64,000 nt of DNA, from assembly GCA_050633305.1 (NCBI GenBank), contig JBOEGF010000015.1, forward strand, positions 160,001 through 224,000, read 5' to 3'. Below are positions 58,967 through 64,000 of this stretch, piece after piece (position 1 is the stretch's first letter; each line of letters begins with the position of its first letter). The notes beneath the pieces were generated by a model. The model made no database searches. It had not been told where the DNA came from and saw nothing but the letters and a program-made list of their open reading frames with translations. The DNA comes from Nannocystales bacterium (GTDB taxonomy: Bacteria; Myxococcota_A; Polyangia; Nannocystales; Nannocystaceae). Position numbers and translations under genes: made by a program.

Positions 58967-59703
58967 CGCCGTGGCACGAGATTCCTGGGCTGGGACTCGT
59001 GCCGGGGTTCCTGCTGATCTTCGTCCGCTTGGCGGCATTTCTGTGGGCCGCGCCGCTGACCGGTGATGGCCGCCTTCCGCCCAAGGTTCGCGTGGGCACC
59101 GCGGCTTTGGTGGCTGCGGCGTTCTCCAATCTGCACGAAGTGCACGGCTCGCCGGAACTGGGCCTGCAAGTCCCCCTCGAGGTGGGGGTGGGGTTCATCG
59201 CAGGGTTCACCGCGCGGCTCATGTTGGCCGGGCTCGAGGTTGGCGGCGAGCTCATCGGCATGCAGATGGGCTTGGGATTCGCGGGCACGTTCGACCCGTC
59301 GTTGGGCGACATGGCCCTGCCCATGCGCCGTATCGTATTCGTGATCGCGAGCTTCGCGTTCATCTCCGTGGGCGGCATTCAGAACGTCGCCCGGCTCGCG
59401 ATGCTCCCGCCGACCGACGTCGCGATTCTGTTCACCTCGTTTGGTGCGCTGATGCGGGCTTCGGGGGAGATGTTCCTGGTGGGCATTCACCTCGCCCTCC
59501 CGATCCTGGTTGCGGTGACGGTCGCCAACATCGCCATGGGCCTGGCCAACCGCGCCGCCCCGGCGCTCAATGTCTACTCGGTGATGTTGTCGCTCACCGG
59601 CCTAATGGGTGCGGGGGTGCTGCTGCTGATCGCGCCCTTGATGGCGTCCGAGATTCTCACGCGGGCCTATCGCGCGATGACCTCCCTCCCGGGTTTCCAC
59701 TGA
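58963..59703 (+). CDS. fliR: Export gate protein FliR
   Basis: Hydrophobic; GGELIGMQMGLGFA..FDP and GL.NRAAP.LN. Confidence 0.93.
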   Translation: MTPWHEIPGLGLVPGFLLIFVRLAAFLWAAPLTGDGRLPPKVRVGTAALVAAAFSNLHEVHGSPELGLQVPLEVGVGFIAGFTARLMLAGLEVGGELIGMQMGLGFAGTFDPSLGDMALPMRRIVFVIASFAFISVGGIQNVARLAMLPPTDVAILFTSFGALMRASGEMFLVGIHLALPILVAVTVANIAMGLANRAAPALNVYSVMLSLTGLMGAGVLLLIAPLMASEILTRAYRAMTSLPGFH

Positions 59704-59736
59704 TCCGGACTGACCCGGACTGATCCGAGCTGATCG

Positions 59737-60795
59737 ATGGCTGAAGAAAACAAGGATCAGAAAACACAAGAGGCGACACCGCGGCGCAAGGAGAAGGCAC
59801 GGCGCGACGGTGACATTGCCCGGTCCAAGGACCTCACGTTGTGGGCGACGCTCGTGGGTGGATTCGTTGGGGCGGGCGTGTTCGGTAAGCAGACGCTCGA
59901 GCTGATGATGGCGTACATGCAGCAACGCTGGAACGCGTTGGAGGCTCCCGTCGACCCGCCTGCCGTGTTCGAGGCGTTTTGGATCGTCGTCGAGGCCGCC
60001 TTTCCGGCCGGCCTCGGAGCGGTTCTTGGTTGGACGATCTCCAGCGCCGTTCAGTTGGGTTGGCCGCCCGCACTGACCAAACCGAAGTTCAACATCACCA
60101 AGATCATCACCTTCTCCGGCGCCAAGCAGATCTTCGCGCCCAAAGAGGCCGCCGTCCGCGGTGGGATGGCAGCAGGCAAGGTCATTCTCGTGCTCGCTGC
60201 CGCGGGAGCCGCCATCTACAAGGAACTCGATCTCATCGTGTCGATGCCCTCACTCGCCCCGGGTGCACTGGGAGACCACTTGGTGCCCGTGGTGGAGCGA
60301 ACGGTGAAATACGGCGCCGGCGTCCTCGCCATCATGGCTGCCGTCGACTTCTGGCACCAGAAACGTACGCACGGCCAGAAGATGAAGATGACGATGGAAG
60401 AGGTGAAGCGGGAGATGAAGGAGAGCGAAGGCGACCCCGCGTTCAAACAGAAGCGTCGTCGTCGGGCGCAAGAACTCGCGCGGAAGCCTCGGCCCGAGAT
60501 TGTGGTGCCGACCGCGGACGTCGTAATCGTCAACCCGACCCACTACTCGGTCGCACTGCGCTATGACAAGAACAAGGAGAACGCGCCTCGGGTTGTGGCC
60601 AAGGGCGTGGACGGGATGGCGGCGCAGATCCGAGAGGTTGCTCGGAAGAGCGGCGTGCCCATTGTCGAGCGACCTCCGCTCGCGCGATTGATGCACAAGC
60701 TTGTGGGCGAGGGGGACATGATCCCCGAGGATCTGTACAACGCGGTGGCCGAGGTGCTGGCGTATGTGTACCGACTGAAGGGCCGGATTCAGTAG
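59737..60795 (+). CDS. flhB: Export switch protein FlhB
   Basis: KT.EATPRR..AR..G, EVKRE.KE.EGDP and NPTH autocleavage motif. Confidence 0.96.
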   Translation: MAEENKDQKTQEATPRRKEKARRDGDIARSKDLTLWATLVGGFVGAGVFGKQTLELMMAYMQQRWNALEAPVDPPAVFEAFWIVVEAAFPAGLGAVLGWTISSAVQLGWPPALTKPKFNITKIITFSGAKQIFAPKEAAVRGGMAAGKVILVLAAAGAAIYKELDLIVSMPSLAPGALGDHLVPVVERTVKYGAGVLAIMAAVDFWHQKRTHGQKMKMTMEEVKREMKESEGDPAFKQKRRRRAQELARKPRPEIVVPTADVVIVNPTHYSVALRYDKNKENAPRVVAKGVDGMAAQIREVARKSGVPIVERPPLARLMHKLVGEGDMIPEDLYNAVAEVLAYVYRLKGRIQ

Positions 60796-60818
60796 CAGGC
60801 CGGGCTGACGCGCCGCCC

Positions 60819-60842
60819 AAATCGGAAAACGTTTTCCGATTT
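60819..60842. promoter_or_regulatory. Perfect 24-bp palindrome AAATCGGAAAACGTTTTCCGATTT
   Basis: Loop-less AT-rich dyad 23 nt after the flhB stop. Confidence 0.6.
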
Positions 60843-61045
60843 CAAGGGCTCTGCGTCGGAGTCGGCCTGGAACTCTGCCGGAACGAGTTTGAGCCGACGG
60901 CTGTATTCCACCGTGCTCCCGTTGACTTCGGAAGGGTGCGGCGGGTCGGTGGCAGTCCCGGTCTACACGTTGGGGGCGTGAATGCCGCGGACTATGTTGC
61001 TCTGGTCATGATCAAAACCGAGCGAGCCCGCACTACCCCCGAGAC

Positions 61046-62374
61046 GTGTTTCTTGCATTGGAACTCAATCGAAAGACCACGAACCCTTCAGGCACCAGGT
61101 ATGTCTTGTGCGCTGGCGTACTGCTGCTGACTGCGGGGTGCACTGGACCCGAAGCGATTTCCCCGGTGGGTGAGGGCTCGTCCTCGAGCGAGGGTTCTCC
61201 GGGGCCGTCCGGCTCGACGGGCTCGACGGGATCGACGGGTTCGACTGACTCGGACTCGGTTGGTGCGTCGAGCGACGACTCGGGCCTGGACAGCTCGTCG
61301 AGCGAGGACACGGGAGGCGACACGCAACCCCCTGGGTCCGTTTGTGGAAATGGCGTCGTGGAGAAGGGCGAGGGTTGCGACGAGCTGGACCGGCTTGATG
61401 AAGACGGATGCAATGTCGATTGTACGGTCTCAGGGTCCTTGCTTTGGAGCTGGGACCCCGATCGCTCGTGGGTGCTTGACCTCGACTTCGACGCCGCGGA
61501 CGCCCTTCAGGTGTTGGTGGGGATTCCGGGACCCGGTCTTTCGGTTCAACGCTTCGACGCGACGGGGGAGATCGACGGCACGTTCGGGGTGACCGCTGTG
61601 GAGAGACCGCCGGGGACTCCGGAGGGGCTTCCAGGCACCATCGAGTTCGCAGCTTTGGAGGCGAGGGATGAAGGTACGTACGTGGGTATGTACGAGTATT
61701 GGCAATCCGGCACAGAGTTCTTCGTCGGCGGGCACGTGGAGCAACTCGGAGACGGCGGATGGGTCCGCCCGGTCGAAGGAGGCGTCCAGAGCCTCGGCCC
61801 CAGAGAGGGGGGCGGCGTCATCGCAGTCTCTAGTGACGACGTCGTGCATGCATTCGACGCCGACGGGGCCGAAGCTTGGGCTGTCGAACCCGGAGGCGGC
61901 CTGCGCTCCGACACCTTGCTTGCCGAAGGGGCGGTCGTCGTTGTCGCCGTTGATCGCGTCGTGGGGTTGGACGACGCGACAGGGGCTGAGTTGTGGTCCT
62001 TTGTCGAGCCTGCTGTCGACATCATCTTTTACCGAGCAAGTCGGAGTGCGGACGAGATCTGGGCTTTCGGGCAGGCCTATCCGTTCACGGACGAGGTCTC
62101 GATGTTCCGCCTGGGCCTCGACGGGTCGCGCATCGAGCACATCGAGGCGGCCAGCATGGGCTCCTGGCATCAGATGACGTGGAGCGGGAACGTTGCGTGG
62201 CTGAGGAGCCAAGAGGCTGGCAGACCCGAACTTCTTGAGAAGCTGGGAGCCGACTTCGAGCCGCTGTGGGCGCACGAGGTGGGATACGGCGATGATTGGC
62301 GAAACCTTGCGGTGGACACCCGGGGCACGGTTGCCGCGGCCAGCCGCTCTCAGGTTCAGGTCTTGGCGCCCTAA
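61046..62374 (+). CDS. Lipoprotein with myxobacterial Cys-rich repeat (DUF4215-like) and PQQ-like beta-propeller
   Basis: Lipobox TAGC, GST linker, CGNGVVEKGEGCD...DGC..DC and LD.ATG.ELW. Confidence 0.8.
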   Translation: MFLALELNRKTTNPSGTRYVLCAGVLLLTAGCTGPEAISPVGEGSSSSEGSPGPSGSTGSTGSTGSTDSDSVGASSDDSGLDSSSSEDTGGDTQPPGSVCGNGVVEKGEGCDELDRLDEDGCNVDCTVSGSLLWSWDPDRSWVLDLDFDAADALQVLVGIPGPGLSVQRFDATGEIDGTFGVTAVERPPGTPEGLPGTIEFAALEARDEGTYVGMYEYWQSGTEFFVGGHVEQLGDGGWVRPVEGGVQSLGPREGGGVIAVSSDDVVHAFDADGAEAWAVEPGGGLRSDTLLAEGAVVVVAVDRVVGLDDATGAELWSFVEPAVDIIFYRASRSADEIWAFGQAYPFTDEVSMFRLGLDGSRIEHIEAASMGSWHQMTWSGNVAWLRSQEAGRPELLEKLGADFEPLWAHEVGYGDDWRNLAVDTRGTVAAASRSQVQVLAP

Positions 62375-62592
62375 ACGACGGCGCAGGAAGTACGAGTGTG
62401 TTGGTGCGCGCCACTGGTACCGATCCCGGACTCGGGGACGCGCGGTTCGACGCTTCGTGGAAACACCGTCCGCCGATGCTGCGCCGCGCGCTCACCCACG
62501 TCCCGAACCTGGCCGCGCGCGCCCTAGATCTGGACGCTCGCCGCACCGATGGGACTGGCCCTTACGAATCGGCCGACCAATAGAACAGTTTA

Positions 62593-64000
62593 GTGGCGAC
62601 CAAAGAAGCCAGCGCGGGCGGGCGCAACGTGGGAGACGCCATCGGGGCCGTGCTCATGGTCGGCGTCCTTGCGCTCGCGGTGCTTCCGTTGCCTCCGGCG
62701 CTGCTCGACCTGCTGATGTCGGCGAGCCTGTGTGTGTCGCTGCTCATCTTCTTGGTGGCGATGTACGTGGAGAAGCCGCTCGACTTCTCGTCGTTCCCGT
62801 CGCTGCTCGTTCTGGTGACGCTATTTCGTCTGAGCCTCAACGTCGCTTCGACCCGAAACATCCTCCTTCATGGAGGTGAGGGGCTCGATGCGGCAGGTCA
62901 GGTCATCGCGGCGTTCGGTGAGTTCGTGGTCGGCGGCAACTTCGTGGTTGGCGCGGTCGTGTTCCTGATTCTGGTCTTGGTGAACTTCATCGTGATCACA
63001 AAAGGTGCCGACCGAATCTCCGAGGTCGGCGCTCGCTTCACGTTGGACTCGTTGCCGGGCAAGCAGATGGCGATCGACTCCGACCTTGTCGCGGGTCTCA
63101 TCGACGAGAAGACCGCCCGCAAGCGTCGCGAAGAAGTCCAGGCGCACGCGGAGTTTCACGGGGCGATGGATGGTGCCTCCAAGTTCGTCCGTGGCGACGC
63201 GATCGCCGGACTGATCATCGTGGCGATCAACCTCATTGCGGGCGTCATCGTTGGCGTGATGCAGCACGGGTTGTCGCCGCTGGAGTCGGCTGAGACCTAC
63301 AGCATCTTGTCCATCGGGGACGGACTCGTCTCGCAGCTTCCGGCGCTGCTGGTCTCGACGGGCGCCGCCCTCTTGGTGACGCGCGACAGCAACGCGACCG
63401 GCGGCATGATGTCGTCGCTCACCGGGCAGCTCATCATGCGCCCGAAGGCGGCCTGGGCCACGGGGGCGGTGCTTGCTCTGCTCGGGGTTGTGCCGGGCAT
63501 GCCTCACTTCCCCTTGTTGGCGGTTGCTGGGATTGCCTGCGGAATGGGTTACTTTGGAGACAAGCGCGCCAAGGACACCGCTACGCCGGCCCGGTCGAAA
63601 GCTGTCGATGCGAAGAAGAAGGCCGACCTGGACCGCAAGCGGTTGCTCGACCCCGAGGCGCAGAAGCAAGAAATCGCCGAGGTTCTTCCGGTCGACCTGG
63701 TGTCGATGGAGCTCGGGCTCCAGTTGCTTCCCCTTGCCGACCTCAGTCGAGACGGCGAGCTTCTCGGGCGCATCGCCGGGGTGCGGAAACAAATGGCGAA
63801 GGAGCTGGGCTTCATCGTCCCACCGGTCTCGATTCGCGACGATGTGGGTGCCAAGCCCTCGAGCTACAAGCTGCTCATCTCAGGCGTGAAGGTTGCCGAG
63901 GGAGAGATTCGAGTGGGTCGGATGCTCGCCATCGACCCATCGGGTCAGGCGACGGCCAACCTGCCCGGCGCGATGGTGCGAGAGCCAACGTTCGGCCTTC
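62593..64000 (+). CDS. flhA: Flagellar export protein FlhA (runs off the window end; absent from the ORF track)
   Basis: Hand translation from GTG 62593 gives PLDFSSFPSLL..TLFRLSLNVASTR, ITKGADRISEVGARFTLDSLPGKQMAID and GAMDGASKFVRGDAIAG. Confidence 0.96.
   Translation, partial: MATKEASAGGRNVGDAIGAVLMVGVLALAVLPLPPALLDLLMSASLCVSLLIFLVAMYVEKPLDFSSFPSLLVLVTLFRLSLNVASTRNILLHGGEGLDAAGQVIAAFGEFVVGGNFVVGAVVFLILVLVNFIVITKGADRISEVGARFTLDSLPGKQMAIDSDLVAGLIDEKTARKRREEVQAHAEFHGAMDGASKFVRGDAIAGLIIVAINLIAGVIVGVMQHGLSPLESAETYSILSIGDGLVSQLPALLVSTGAALLVTRDSNATGGMMSSLTGQLIMRPKAAWATGAVLALLGVVPGMPHFPLLAVAGIACGMGYFGDKRAKDTATPARSKAVDAKKKADLDRKRLLDPEAQKQEIAEVLPVDLVSMELGLQLLPLADLSRDGELLGRIAGVRKQMAKELGFIVPPVSIRDDVGAKPSSYKLLISGVKVAEGEIRVGRMLAIDPSGQATANLPGAMVREPTFGL

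Noticed and set aside
46001..60795. Non-flagellar type III secretion system
   Set aside because: Flagellin, hook, rod, FliL and stators are present and no secretin or needle gene is seen, so the system is flagellar

Overview
High-GC window whose gene content points to Myxococcota, most likely Nannocystaceae-like. The evidence is many Ser/Thr/Gly-linker and Cys-rich lipoproteins, a Ser/Thr kinase-TPR/ECF pair, a vWA lipoprotein and a myxobacterial Cys-rich repeat; the taxon is inferred, not searched. The window covers the replication origin: dnaA, a putative bipartite oriC, dnaN, recF and gyrB, interrupted by lipoprotein/ECF modules, with no gyrA. An accessory block follows, containing a DUF692/MNIO enzyme, its short coupled partner, and a divergently transcribed membrane protein ending in a (CGGGG)n Cys/Gly tail, which is the best candidate RiPP-like/protein-modification system. 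From about 35.9 kb to the right edge lie c-di-GMP/HDOD genes and a large, apparently intact flagellar cluster: two stator sets, fliC, flgBCDE, fliEFGHIJK, fliL, fliMNOPQR, flhB and a truncated flhA, with recognisable sigma54 and sigma28 promoters. This is unexpected for a gliding myxobacterium. No rRNA, tRNA, CRISPR array or mobile element was recognised. Start codons were refined by eye where the ORF track over-extends.
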